NCBI GenBank assembly: GCA_016218365.1
Contig: JACREF010000019.1
Coordinates: 4,543-68,542, forward strand
DNA: 64,000 nt
Direction: 5' to 3'
Source: Gammaproteobacteria bacterium
Lineage (GTDB): Bacteria; Pseudomonadota; Gammaproteobacteria; SZUA-140
This document shows positions 52,264-61,893 of this stretch, piece by piece; position 1 is the first letter of the stretch; every line of letters starts with the position of its first letter. A model generated the notes under the pieces. The model was given only the letters and a program-made list of their open reading frames with translations. It was not told the origin of the DNA and ran no database searches. Both the position numbers and the translations under genes were made by a program.

Positions 52264-53586
52264 TCAGCGCAGCCACTGTATCTCGACACCCTCATCGACG
52301 CCCGTGGCCTGGAACGGCTCGCAGTCACAGATCCCGGCCACTGCCGCCAGCTGTCCTTCGACATAGATCAGCGGCCAGCGTCGCCGTAGCCACGGCGGGA
52401 CCGCGGACTGCTGCAGCAGTTTTTTCAACTCGACGTGATGGCCCGCGCGCCCGGCCGGCCGGCACCGTTCACCACCGTGCCGGAACCTGACCTCCAGTTG
52501 GTCCGGCAGCAGCGCCGTGCGCAGCCCCCGGCCGATCACCCTGCGCGCATGCAACTGACCACCGATGGCCGAGGGTAGCGATAACGGCTGCGGCCAGTGC
52601 CAGCCCAGCACCTCCGGCACCTCTGGCCCATCAACCTGCATCGTTGCGTACAATCGACCGCGGTAACGCCGGATAATGACGTGTTGCCACCTGATTTCGG
52701 GATTCCTGTCGGGCGGGGAAAGCATCGCCTGCCGGATCTGCTGGATATGTTTTTCATTTGCAGCAGGCAGTGCACACACCTTGAGCCAGTGCTGCAACAA
52801 CAGCCCTTGTCGTGCTTCGTCAAATTGCTGCAGCTGATCGATCGACAGGCTGCCATCCCGCGCCATCATATCCGTCAGCCAGTGCACGCACTGCTGCTCC
52901 AGCACCGCTGCAGCCTCGGCACACAGCCGGGCGCTGCGGCTCAGCGTCGCCGCGGCAGCAGGCCAGGCCTGGCGAAGGTGCGGCATGATCTCATGGCGGA
53001 TAAAGTTGCGGGCAAGGCCGGTGTCGGTATTGGAGGGATCCTCGACCCAGTGCAAGCGATGATGCACGGCGTACTGCAGCAATCCGGCACGCCCGAAGGC
53101 CAGTAACGGCCGCGCATGCCGACCGTCACCCAATGCAGCAACTACCGGCATCCCCGCCAGCCCCTTCGGTCCGCTGCCACGCAGCAGTTGCAGCAACAGC
53201 GTCTCCGCCTGATCATCCTGATGATGGGCCGTCAGCAGACAATCACCACGGGATATACAACGTTGCAGGGCCTGGTAACGTGCCTGACGCGCCTCGGCCT
53301 CCGGGCTGTGGCCCGGCCGGGCACGGGCATCAACTGTGATGATGTGCAGCGGGATCTGCAAGGCCTGACAGACCCCGCGACAATGATCGACCCAGTGATC
53401 GGCCTGGGTCTGCAGCCCATGATGGACATGGACCGCCGTGACCGGGGCAGCCAGCTGATCGCGCACGGCGTGCAGCGCGTGCAATAACACGTGCGAATCC
53501 ATGCCGCCGCTGTAGGCAACAACCAATCGGGTCACAGCGGGGATCTGCCCAACCTCGGCCAACAGGCCGTGGGTGGAAAAACGCAT
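52264..53586 (-). CDS. tilS: tRNA(Ile)-lysidine synthetase TilS
   Basis: PP-loop 'VAYSGGMDSHVLL'. 440 aa. Downstream of accA. Confidence 0.92.
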   Translation of the reverse strand: MRFSTHGLLAEVGQIPAVTRLVVAYSGGMDSHVLLHALHAVRDQLAAPVTAVHVHHGLQTQADHWVDHCRGVCQALQIPLHIITVDARARPGHSPEAEARQARYQALQRCISRGDCLLTAHHQDDQAETLLLQLLRGSGPKGLAGMPVVAALGDGRHARPLLAFGRAGLLQYAVHHRLHWVEDPSNTDTGLARNFIRHEIMPHLRQAWPAAAATLSRSARLCAEAAAVLEQQCVHWLTDMMARDGSLSIDQLQQFDEARQGLLLQHWLKVCALPAANEKHIQQIRQAMLSPPDRNPEIRWQHVIIRRYRGRLYATMQVDGPEVPEVLGWHWPQPLSLPSAIGGQLHARRVIGRGLRTALLPDQLEVRFRHGGERCRPAGRAGHHVELKKLLQQSAVPPWLRRRWPLIYVEGQLAAVAGICDCEPFQATGVDEGVEIQWLR

Positions 53587-53587
53587 G

Positions 53588-54547
53588 TCAGGCGACCTTG
53601 AAGTTGCCGAACTTCATCAGTTTGTCGTAACGCGCGGCCACCAGTTGCGGCGCTGCGGTGGCTGATAGCCGCTGCAGCGCATCGACCAGCGCTGACTTCA
53701 GCCGTTTTGCCATCTCGGCCGGGTCGCGGTGCGCCCCGCCCAGCGGTTCTTCAACAATCTGGTCAATCAGGTTCAGCTGTTTCAACCGCGTCGAGGTGAT
53801 CCCCATCGCCTCGGCAGCCTCGGCGGCCCGCCCGGCGCTCTTCCACAGGATCGATGCACAGCCTTCCGGCGAGATCACCGAATAGGTGCTGTATTGCAGC
53901 ATCAGCACCCAGTCGCCGACGCCGATCGCCAGCGCACCCCCCGAGCCGCCCTCACCGATGACGCTGCAGATCACCGGCGTCTTCAGCGTCGACATCACCC
54001 GCAGGTTCAGCGCGATGGCCTCGCTCTGGCCACGCTCTTCGGCGCCCACACCCGGATAGGCCCCGGGCGTATCAATAAAGGTCAGCACCGGCAGACCAAA
54101 ACGCTCGGCCATGTCCATCAGACGCAAGGCCTTGCGATAGCCTTCCGGACGCGGCATGCCGAAATTGCGCCGCACCTTCTCCGCGGTATCACGGCCTTTC
54201 TGGTGCCCGACAACCATCACCGGACGGCCATCAAGGCGCGCCACGCCACCGACGATCGCGACATCATCGGCATACCTGCGATCGCCATGCAGTTCTTCAA
54301 AATCGGTAAAGATCTGCTCGATGTAATCCAGTGTATACGGACGTTGCGGATGACGCGCCAGCTGCGAGATCTGCCACGCGTTCAGTGACGAGAAGATCGA
54401 TTTGGTGACGGCCTTCGACTTGGTCTCAAGCCGCTTGATCTCGGCATCAATATTGATCTCGTTGTCACTGCCAATATTGCGCAACTCCTCGATCTTCGCC
54501 TCAAGCTCGGCGATCGGCTGCTCAAATTCGAGAAAACTGAGGTTCAT
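53588..54547 (-). CDS. accA: Acetyl-CoA carboxylase carboxyltransferase subunit alpha
   Basis: '[23 protein letters not shown]' closely matches the E. coli AccA N-terminus. Start is the ATG at 54547. Confidence 0.95.
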   Translation of the reverse strand: MNLSFLEFEQPIAELEAKIEELRNIGSDNEINIDAEIKRLETKSKAVTKSIFSSLNAWQISQLARHPQRPYTLDYIEQIFTDFEELHGDRRYADDVAIVGGVARLDGRPVMVVGHQKGRDTAEKVRRNFGMPRPEGYRKALRLMDMAERFGLPVLTFIDTPGAYPGVGAEERGQSEAIALNLRVMSTLKTPVICSVIGEGGSGGALAIGVGDWVLMLQYSTYSVISPEGCASILWKSAGRAAEAAEAMGITSTRLKQLNLIDQIVEEPLGGAHRDPAEMAKRLKSALVDALQRLSATAAPQLVAARYDKLMKFGNFKVA

Positions 54548-54631
54548 GGAAGGGTTCCGGCACCGGATAGGATGGGCCAAGTTTACCCGAGGTGGCCAGT
54601 CCGGGCAATAAAACCCTGGCGGGAGGCTTTA

Positions 54632-57600
54632 TCAATAGATGACCTCGACCCGCCCGAGTCCGGCGATCTTGCTGAGCCGGCGCAACAGCTCATCGGCCGG
54701 TTTGACCGACCATTCCCGGCCCAGCGCCAGACTGGCCCGCGCATCCGGATTGGCAACCTTCAGCCACACCGGACAACGCCCATCACGAAACGGCTGCAAG
54801 GCCTGGGCCAGCGCATCATAAAATCCGGGATCCTGGTGCAGAGTGTCGATGATCAACTCCAGCCGTTTGGCGCGCAACTCCCGCGCCTGATCGATATCGG
54901 TGATCTGATCGGCGCTCATCCGCAATGCACCGGAATAATCATCCAGCGACACCGCCCCGGTGATGATCAGCAGCCGGTCCTTGACCAGCAGATTACGGTA
55001 ATGATTATAGGCCTCGGCAAAGACCCCGATCTCGATACGACCGCTGCGATCATCGAGGGTCACAAAGGCGATCCGGTCACCACGCTTGCTGTTCATCGTC
55101 CGTACTGCCGTGACCAGGCCGGCAACCGTCACCGCCTGCTCCCGTGACGACGGTTTCAGCTCGGCAATCCGCCCGCTGGTGATCTGCTTCAGTTCACAGA
55201 GGTAGCGATCGATCGGATGTCCGGTCAGATACAGACCCAGCGTCTCTTTTTCACCATTGAGGCGCTCCTCATCGCTCCACGGCTCGGCCTCGACCAGCAC
55301 CACCGGCAGCGGCGCCGCGGCCGTGCCGGCGGCCATGCCACCAAACAGATCGTTCTGGCCGATCGTGGTATCGCTGATATGGCGCTCGGCCCGCTGCAGC
55401 ACTGATGACAGCGATGCCATCAACCGCGCGCGGCTGGGCTCACTGCCATCGAATGCGCCGGCCCTGATCATGGCCTCCAGCACCCGGCGATTCACCTTGC
55501 GCAGATCGACACGGCAACACAGGTCGAACAGGCCCTGATACGGGCCATGCGCCGCACGCTCGCTGACCATGCCCTCGAGCGCCGCGGCGCCGACGCCCTT
55601 GATCGCGCCCAGTCCATAGAGGATGGTGCGCTCATCGCGCACCGAGAATGCATAATCACAGATATTGATATCGGGCGGGCAGACCTTGAGCCCCATCACA
55701 CGGCACTCATCGATCAACATCACCACCTTGTCGGTGTTGTCCATGTCTGACGACAGCACCGCCGCCATAAAGGCCGCCGGGTAATGCGCCTTCAGCCATG
55801 CCGTTTGATACGACAGCAATGCATAGGCCGCCGAATGGGACTTGTTGAAACCATAGCCGGCAAATTTTTCCATCAGGTCGAAGATGTCGGAGGCCAGCCG
55901 GGGATCAACGCCACGCTGCTGCGCCCCGCCCTGGAATACCTCGCGTTGCTTGGCCATCTCTTCCGGCTTCTTCTTGCCCATCGCCCGGCGCAGCAGGTCG
56001 GCCTGACCCAGCGTATAACCGGCCAGTACCTGGGCGATCTGCATCACCTGTTCCTGGTACAGGATCACACCGTAGGTCGGCTTCAGGACCGGCTCCAGAT
56101 CGGCATGCGGATAACTGACCCGGGCGCCGTGCTTGCGGGCGATGAAATCATCCACCATGCCCGATTGCAGCGGACCGGGCCGGAACAGCGCCACCAGCGC
56201 GATGATGTCCTCAAAGCAATCCGGCTTCAGCCGCTTGATCAGATCCTTCATGCCGCGTGATTCAAGCTGGAACACCGCGGTGGTCGCACAGTCCTGCAAC
56301 AAACGGTAGGTCGCAGCATCATCCATCGGCAAACGCTCGATGACCACCGGCTCCACCCCCTGCTGTATCCGCTGGCCATTGATGGTCCTCAATGCCCAGT
56401 CGATGATGGTCAGCGTCCGCAGACCAAGAAAGTCGAACTTGACCAGACCAACCGACTCAACGTCATCCTTGTCAAATTGCGTCACCGGGTGATCCGAGCC
56501 CTGTTCACAATACAGTGGTGTGAAATCGGTCAGTGTCGTCGGTGCGATGACCACACCCCCGGCATGTTTGCCGGCATTGCGCGGCAGCCCTTCGAGCGCA
56601 CGTCCCATGTCGATGATGGTGCGGACATCTTCATCCTGGCGGTACAACTCGGCCAGCGCCTCTTCCTGCTCCAGCGCCTTGTCCAGCGTGATACCGAGCT
56701 CAAATGGCACCAGTTTGGCGATGCGGTCGACGAAGCCATAGGGCTGCCCCATGACTCGACCAACATCACGGATCACCGCCTTGGCCGCCATACTGCCATA
56801 GGTGATGATCTGTGATACCCGTTCGCGGCCATAACGCTGCGCGACATAGTCGATGACGCGATCGCGCCCTTCCATGCAGAAGTCGATGTCGAAATCCGGC
56901 ATCGACACGCGCTCCGGATTCAGAAAGCGCTCAAACAGCAGGTCATAACGGATCGGATCGAGGTCGGTGATCTTCAAGGCATAGGCCACCAGTGACCCGG
57001 CACCCGAGCCACGCCCTGGTCCGACCGGCACGCCGTTGCTACGTGCCCAGCCGATGAAATCGGCAACGATCAGGAAATAGCCCGGAAAACCCATATTGAT
57101 GATGACATCAAGCTCATGGTCCAGGCGCTGGCGATAGGGCTGGACACGATCCGCATAATCACCCGCCGTGGCATCAAACAGCATCGGCAAGCGTTGATCA
57201 AGGCCGGCCCGTGCCGCGGTCCGGAAATAGTCCTCGACGCTCATGCCATCCGGCACCGGAAAGTCCGGCAGCACCGCCTTGCCCAGCGTCAGCTCGAGAT
57301 TGCAACGGCGGGCGATCTCGACGCTGTTGGCCAGCGCCTCCGGGATGTCGGCAAACAACTCCACCATCTCGTCAGCAGTGCGCAAATACTGCTCGGCGCT
57401 GTAGTGCCGCGGCCGCCGGCTGTCATCCAGCGTCCGGCCGTCATGGATGCAGACCCGCACCTCATGCGCCTCGAAATCATCGGCCTGCAGAAAGCGGACA
57501 TCATTGGTTGCAACCACCGGCATATTGAAACGCCGCGCCAGTTCAACGGCGCCCAGCAGATACTGCTGTTCGCCAGGGCGGCCGGTGCGCTGCAACTCCA

Positions 57601-58099
57601 GATAATAGCGTCCCGGAAACAGCGCGCGCCATTGCTGCAAATGGGTCTCAGCCTGGGCCACATTGCCCGCCAGCAGCAGCTGGCCGATATCCCCGGCAAC
57701 ACCACCGGACAGCGCTATCAGCCCGTCGCTACGCCCCTGCAGCCACGCCAGCTGCACCAGCGGCACACCCTGATGCTGCCCCTCGATATAACTGCGCGAT
57801 ACCAGATGCGTCAGGTTCAGATAACCCTGCCGGTTCTGACACAGCAATACCAGGCGTTGCGGCCGGTAGGGATCGCCGTCATTGGCCAGCCACAGATCGA
57901 TGCCGATGATCGGCTTGATGCCGGCGGCGATCGCGGCGCGATAGAACTTGACCATGGCAAACAGGTTGGACTGATCGGTGATCGCGACAGCGGGCATACC
58001 GGCCGCTGCGACGGCGGGCGGCAGCTCATCGACACGGATGCAGCCATCCACCAGCGAATATTCACTGTGGACGTGGAGGTGTATGAAGCGGACTGACAT
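54632..58099 (-). CDS. dnaE: DNA polymerase III subunit alpha
   Basis: PHP motif 'FIHLHVHSEYSLVDG', polymerase core and OB fold. 1155 aa. Confidence 0.97.
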   Translation of the reverse strand: MSVRFIHLHVHSEYSLVDGCIRVDELPPAVAAAGMPAVAITDQSNLFAMVKFYRAAIAAGIKPIIGIDLWLANDGDPYRPQRLVLLCQNRQGYLNLTHLVSRSYIEGQHQGVPLVQLAWLQGRSDGLIALSGGVAGDIGQLLLAGNVAQAETHLQQWRALFPGRYYLELQRTGRPGEQQYLLGAVELARRFNMPVVATNDVRFLQADDFEAHEVRVCIHDGRTLDDSRRPRHYSAEQYLRTADEMVELFADIPEALANSVEIARRCNLELTLGKAVLPDFPVPDGMSVEDYFRTAARAGLDQRLPMLFDATAGDYADRVQPYRQRLDHELDVIINMGFPGYFLIVADFIGWARSNGVPVGPGRGSGAGSLVAYALKITDLDPIRYDLLFERFLNPERVSMPDFDIDFCMEGRDRVIDYVAQRYGRERVSQIITYGSMAAKAVIRDVGRVMGQPYGFVDRIAKLVPFELGITLDKALEQEEALAELYRQDEDVRTIIDMGRALEGLPRNAGKHAGGVVIAPTTLTDFTPLYCEQGSDHPVTQFDKDDVESVGLVKFDFLGLRTLTIIDWALRTINGQRIQQGVEPVVIERLPMDDAATYRLLQDCATTAVFQLESRGMKDLIKRLKPDCFEDIIALVALFRPGPLQSGMVDDFIARKHGARVSYPHADLEPVLKPTYGVILYQEQVMQIAQVLAGYTLGQADLLRRAMGKKKPEEMAKQREVFQGGAQQRGVDPRLASDIFDLMEKFAGYGFNKSHSAAYALLSYQTAWLKAHYPAAFMAAVLSSDMDNTDKVVMLIDECRVMGLKVCPPDINICDYAFSVRDERTILYGLGAIKGVGAAALEGMVSERAAHGPYQGLFDLCCRVDLRKVNRRVLEAMIRAGAFDGSEPSRARLMASLSSVLQRAERHISDTTIGQNDLFGGMAAGTAAAPLPVVLVEAEPWSDEERLNGEKETLGLYLTGHPIDRYLCELKQITSGRIAELKPSSREQAVTVAGLVTAVRTMNSKRGDRIAFVTLDDRSGRIEIGVFAEAYNHYRNLLVKDRLLIITGAVSLDDYSGALRMSADQITDIDQARELRAKRLELIIDTLHQDPGFYDALAQALQPFRDGRCPVWLKVANPDARASLALGREWSVKPADELLRRLSKIAGLGRVEVIY

Positions 58100-58304
58100 C
58101 GGGCTATTCTAACAGCATGTTTACAATGGCAGGATGCTGAAAATGGCAGGACGCTTGGCATGGCCTCCACGCCTTCTGATGATCACAGCCATCCCCACTG
58201 ATGTTATCTGATTGATTCAGGATGGAAGCGGGGCAGTGACATCGCCTGGACAGTGACGCCATATGTACTTCAACGGCTTAGGCGGCCCGAGTCATGCCGC
58301 CATA

Positions 58305-58877
58305 TCAGGCCATGGCCTCGAGCAGCCGCCTGACCGGGGCAAAGCTGCGGCGGTGGATCGGCGATACCCCGAGTGTGCGTAGCGCCTGCAGATGGCTTGC
58401 GGTCGGATAGCCCTTGTGTCCGGCCAGACCATAGCCGGGGTAGTGGCGATCCCATACAAGCATCTCGGAATCACGCGCCACCTTGGCAAGGATCGATGCG
58501 GCGCCGATGACCTCAACCGTCAGGTCGCCCTTGATGATTGCCCGGGCAGGCACGTCCAGCCGCGGTAACTGGTTACCATCGACCAATACCTGGTCCGGTC
58601 GTAGCGACAGGGCCTGCACGGCCCGCTGCATCGCCAGCAGCGAGGCCTGCAGGATGTTCAGGTGATCGATCTCCTCGACCTCGGCACGACCAATCGCCCA
58701 GGCCAGTGCCTGGTCACGGATCTGTGCCGCCAGTTGCTCGCGCCGCCGTTCACTGAGTTTCTTTGAGTCGGTGATCCCCGCGATCGGCCGCAGCGGGTCA
58801 AGGATCACGGCGGCAGCGATCACCGGCCCGGCGAGCGGCCCCCGCCCGACCTCATCGACACCAGCAATATGCTGCAT
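58305..58877 (-). CDS. rnhB: Ribonuclease HII
   Basis: '[16 protein letters not shown]' catalytic motif. Start is ATG 58877 or 58892. Confidence 0.94.
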   Translation of the reverse strand: MQHIAGVDEVGRGPLAGPVIAAAVILDPLRPIAGITDSKKLSERRREQLAAQIRDQALAWAIGRAEVEEIDHLNILQASLLAMQRAVQALSLRPDQVLVDGNQLPRLDVPARAIIKGDLTVEVIGAASILAKVARDSEMLVWDRHYPGYGLAGHKGYPTASHLQALRTLGVSPIHRRSFAPVRRLLEAMA

Positions 58878-59002
58878 ACATCCCCCGAACACACCAAGAT
58901 TCTAATTGCCTACAATACAATGCCAACCGGCCATTGCCTACTGACAAAAGAGACGGCCCGCATCAGCGGGCCGTCGGTTACATCGTGACAAGGATGATAC
59001 CG

Positions 59003-59362
59003 TCAATGCGGCCGGTGATGCGAACCCATCAGGCTGTGATCATAGTCATGATCCGCAATCGGATCATGACCCAGCGCCGCATCCACCTGATAAGGCACCG
59101 TGCCACAGCGGTTGCGACTTGACACACCACAGGTCCTGACATGGGCGGCCGAGTACAGCGGATCCCACCCCAGTATTCCGGTCATCAGCGGGTAGATCGC
59201 CAGCAAGGCCACGTAGGCCTGCCAGGTGACCATGGCATCATTGCTGATCAGATCATACGCCGGCAGCGCCAGCATTACACACCCTGCGGCAATGCGTGTC
59301 AGTCGATCCAGCAGACCGATATTCTGGACGACCCCGAGTCGGTGAGCGATCTCTTCCATCAT
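59003..59362 (-). CDS. YgaP-like transmembrane domain (DUF2892) protein with His/Asp-rich C-terminal tail
   Basis: 'NIGLLDRLTRIAAG' and 'PLMTGILGWDPLYSAAHVRTCG' match the DUF2892 pattern. The start is uncertain (59362 or 59452). Confidence 0.6.
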   Translation of the reverse strand: MMEEIAHRLGVVQNIGLLDRLTRIAAGCVMLALPAYDLISNDAMVTWQAYVALLAIYPLMTGILGWDPLYSAAHVRTCGVSSRNRCGTVPYQVDAALGHDPIADHDYDHSLMGSHHRPH

Positions 59363-59500
59363 AACCACCCCCATTTCAGTTGTCTGAATAACCAGTTGAC
59401 TCCTGATCGGCGCCGCTGTCAACGAACAGTTTGGCTCGTATCTATCAGACATTCTGACAACACATAAAATAATTGCTGCGCACTCTTCAACGTCATTGCT

Positions 59501-59660
59501 TTAAGGAAACTCTGATTAATTCAAAAATTACTACGGTCGTCATTCCCGCGAAAGCGGGAATCCAGGTATTACAATTATTTATGGATGCCCGCTGGAGCCT
59601 GCCCTCGACCCGATCGGGGGCGGGCATGACGACAACATGAATTAATCAGAGCCTCCTTAA
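59501..59660. mobile_element. 160-bp MITE-like element with 23-bp terminal inverted repeats beginning TTAAGGAA
   Basis: Left end is ttaaggaaactctgattaattca. The reverse complement of the right end is ttaaggaggctctgattaattca (21/23 match). Internal hairpins are TTCCCGC-GAAA-GCGGGAA and GCCCGC...GCGGGC. No ORF. Confidence 0.75.
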
Positions 59661-59744
59661 ACTGTATTTCAAACAGATATCAATACAGAAGATCCAGCAG
59701 GGATATTCATCCCGATGCTCCGATACAACCCACAGGAACATTCC

Positions 59745-59777
59745 AAAAAATAAAAAGAAAGGGGGGCTAGCCCCCCC
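59745..59777 (-). terminator. Rho-independent terminator of nirK
   Basis: On the minus strand: GGGGGGCTAGCCCCCC palindrome followed by TTTCTTTTTATTTTTT. Confidence 0.8.
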
Positions 59778-59799
59778 TTTCTCAACTGCAATCACTAAC

Positions 59800-60747
59800 T
59801 CAGCGGATGATGATGTTATCACCCTTACCGGCCTTGGGGTCGGCATCCGGCTTGTTCATCAACACGGTGATCGCACCGCGCATCGCAGCACCCATCGTAT
59901 GATCGACGATGGCATTGTTGGTCGGGTGATCAGCAGGTGACACGATGTCCAGTGTCGCTGCCTCTGACACGCCGAGCTGCAATGTCGCCATGCCGTGGAT
60001 CACATTCTTCGGATTACCATTCAGATAAACGCGATCCCAGATACCGGCAATCGGATGGATCGCAGCCGGCAGGTTGACGTTGGCATTGACGTAATAGATG
60101 CGCACCCGCTCACCCGGCTTGGCCTCCAGCACCTTGGTGGCATTCTGGTCATGGACCGGGTCGTAGTTGAACATCTTGCCATTGATCAGCGTGCCATCCC
60201 AGCCCTTGTTTTCCATGATCGCGGCGTGGTCGCTGGCATCAGAGAAATATTGGCCCTGGACCAGCACGTACTCGCGATCCGGCTTCGGGAAGTCCTTGCT
60301 GTAGCCTTCCTTGGGATCGACGATAATCACACCATACATGCCACGGGCGATGTGCTGATGCATCGGCATCTGGCCGCAGTGATACATGAACACACCCGGA
60401 TACTTGGCATCGAAGCTGAATTTCTTGGTCTGACCCGGCTTGATCGGAGCAAACTCGCTCAATACGTCAACCACGGCAGCATGGAAATCCATCGAATGGC
60501 TTTCCTTGTTGCTTGAGTCATTGATCAGCTCAAACTCCACCTTGTCGCCTTCCTTGACCCGTACCACCGGACCCGGGATGCCACCATCATAGGTCCAGGC
60601 CGGATATTCGGTACCCTTGTTGTCGATCTTGACCATGCTCTCCTTGGCATGCATCGTGACCTTGACGGTCTTGGCCATCGCCGTCCCGGCATAGGCCGTT
60701 AACGCCGCCATCACTGCCATTGCCATGGCGCTTTTTCTGATTTGCAT
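59800..60747 (-). CDS. nirK: Copper-containing nitrite reductase NirK
   Basis: Signal peptide. Type-1/type-2 Cu ligand motifs 'HSMDFHAA', 'YHCGQMPMHQHIARGM', 'IHPIAGIWDRVY' and 'VDHTMGA'. Confidence 0.85.
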   Translation of the reverse strand: MQIRKSAMAMAVMAALTAYAGTAMAKTVKVTMHAKESMVKIDNKGTEYPAWTYDGGIPGPVVRVKEGDKVEFELINDSSNKESHSMDFHAAVVDVLSEFAPIKPGQTKKFSFDAKYPGVFMYHCGQMPMHQHIARGMYGVIIVDPKEGYSKDFPKPDREYVLVQGQYFSDASDHAAIMENKGWDGTLINGKMFNYDPVHDQNATKVLEAKPGERVRIYYVNANVNLPAAIHPIAGIWDRVYLNGNPKNVIHGMATLQLGVSEAATLDIVSPADHPTNNAIVDHTMGAAMRGAITVLMNKPDADPKAGKGDNIIIR

Positions 60748-60835
60748 GACGCTCTCCTCGCTAGTTGCTAATGAAAACCTTTACTCTCAACCTGCGGCCG
60801 CGTTACCGCCATCAGTAACACTGACCACAACACCT

Positions 60836-61201
60836 TCACCTGCCATAACTGCATTTGCACAACTGCCTGAGATAGACCACCAACCCTCTGATCTCCTCAT
60901 CACTGATCACACCACCCCATGGCGGCATCAACACTGATTTATTGACTGCAACACCACCCTCCTTGATGACCTTGAACAGATCCTCATCCGAGCGCGTTGC
61001 CATCTCCTTGGCGTCGGTGTGATCGCGCGGCTGCACCGACATGTCGCGGACATTGAGGCCCTTGCCGTTGCCCTGCAGACCATGACACTGCACGCAATAG
61101 GTGCGGTAAGTGTCCGCGGCCTGCTCTGCCCCCAGCGCCAGCCCGGACACCAGCATGATCAGTCCGCCAAACCCGATGAATAACATCCTGCTACGATTCA
61201 T
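60836..61201 (-). CDS. Monoheme class I c-type cytochrome (NcgC-like)
   Basis: Signal/TM segment, one 'CVQCH' heme motif and distal 'MPPW'. Confidence 0.85.
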   Translation of the reverse strand: MNRSRMLFIGFGGLIMLVSGLALGAEQAADTYRTYCVQCHGLQGNGKGLNVRDMSVQPRDHTDAKEMATRSDEDLFKVIKEGGVAVNKSVLMPPWGGVISDEEIRGLVVYLRQLCKCSYGR

Positions 61202-61893
61202 TGGCGGGCCTCCACGCTCAGCAAGCGCAGATAATGGACAAACTTCTGCACATCACCGTCACTGAGATGCTTGTCAGGCATGAAGATCTTCGGATCCCAG
61301 GCCTGGGGCCGACTGAGAAAACTGACCAGATAATCGGCTTGCAGGCGCTGTGCAACCGTATAGACCTCCGGTCCCGACAGACCGCCATAGCCCGGCTCGA
61401 TCTCATGACAGGCCAGACAGCCCTTGAACTTGTCGAACATCATCTCGCCGGAACTGCGCGAGATCGTGCCCGGGACATAGGAACCGGCAACGACGAGGTC
61501 CGATCTGGCCTTGCGCTCCATCAGCGCTGCGGCCACCGCCTTGGCATCAGCGGCTGACAATGCGCTATGGGGCCTCATGGTCGAGGCATCGATCTGATCG
61601 CCAGCGGAACCAGCCTTGATGTGATCCACATAAAACATGCCGGCCGGCCGGATGGTCGTTGGCTGCTGCAGCCAGCGCTCCAGCCACGCGGCCTGATATT
61701 TGTTGCCGGCATAAAACAGGTCCGGGGCCTGGCGTTGCCACAGCTCATGCAGTGTCGCCGGGGCCGGCCCCTCAAGGTTGTGACAACTGTTGCATTGCGC
61801 CTTGAGGATCGCCTCGCCATCCGCGGCCACTACGCCGGCAGAGGACACTGTCAGCAGCAGCGCTGCCGCCCACGGCTTAATGATGCGCATCAT
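61198..61893 (-). CDS. Diheme c-type cytochrome (NcgB-like)
   Basis: Two heme motifs, 'CNSCH' and 'CLACH'. Likely start 'MMRIIKPWAAALLL'. Overlaps the upstream gene's stop. Confidence 0.82.
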   Translation of the reverse strand: MMRIIKPWAAALLLTVSSAGVVAADGEAILKAQCNSCHNLEGPAPATLHELWQRQAPDLFYAGNKYQAAWLERWLQQPTTIRPAGMFYVDHIKAGSAGDQIDASTMRPHSALSAADAKAVAAALMERKARSDLVVAGSYVPGTISRSSGEMMFDKFKGCLACHEIEPGYGGLSGPEVYTVAQRLQADYLVSFLSRPQAWDPKIFMPDKHLSDGDVQKFVHYLRLLSVEARQ

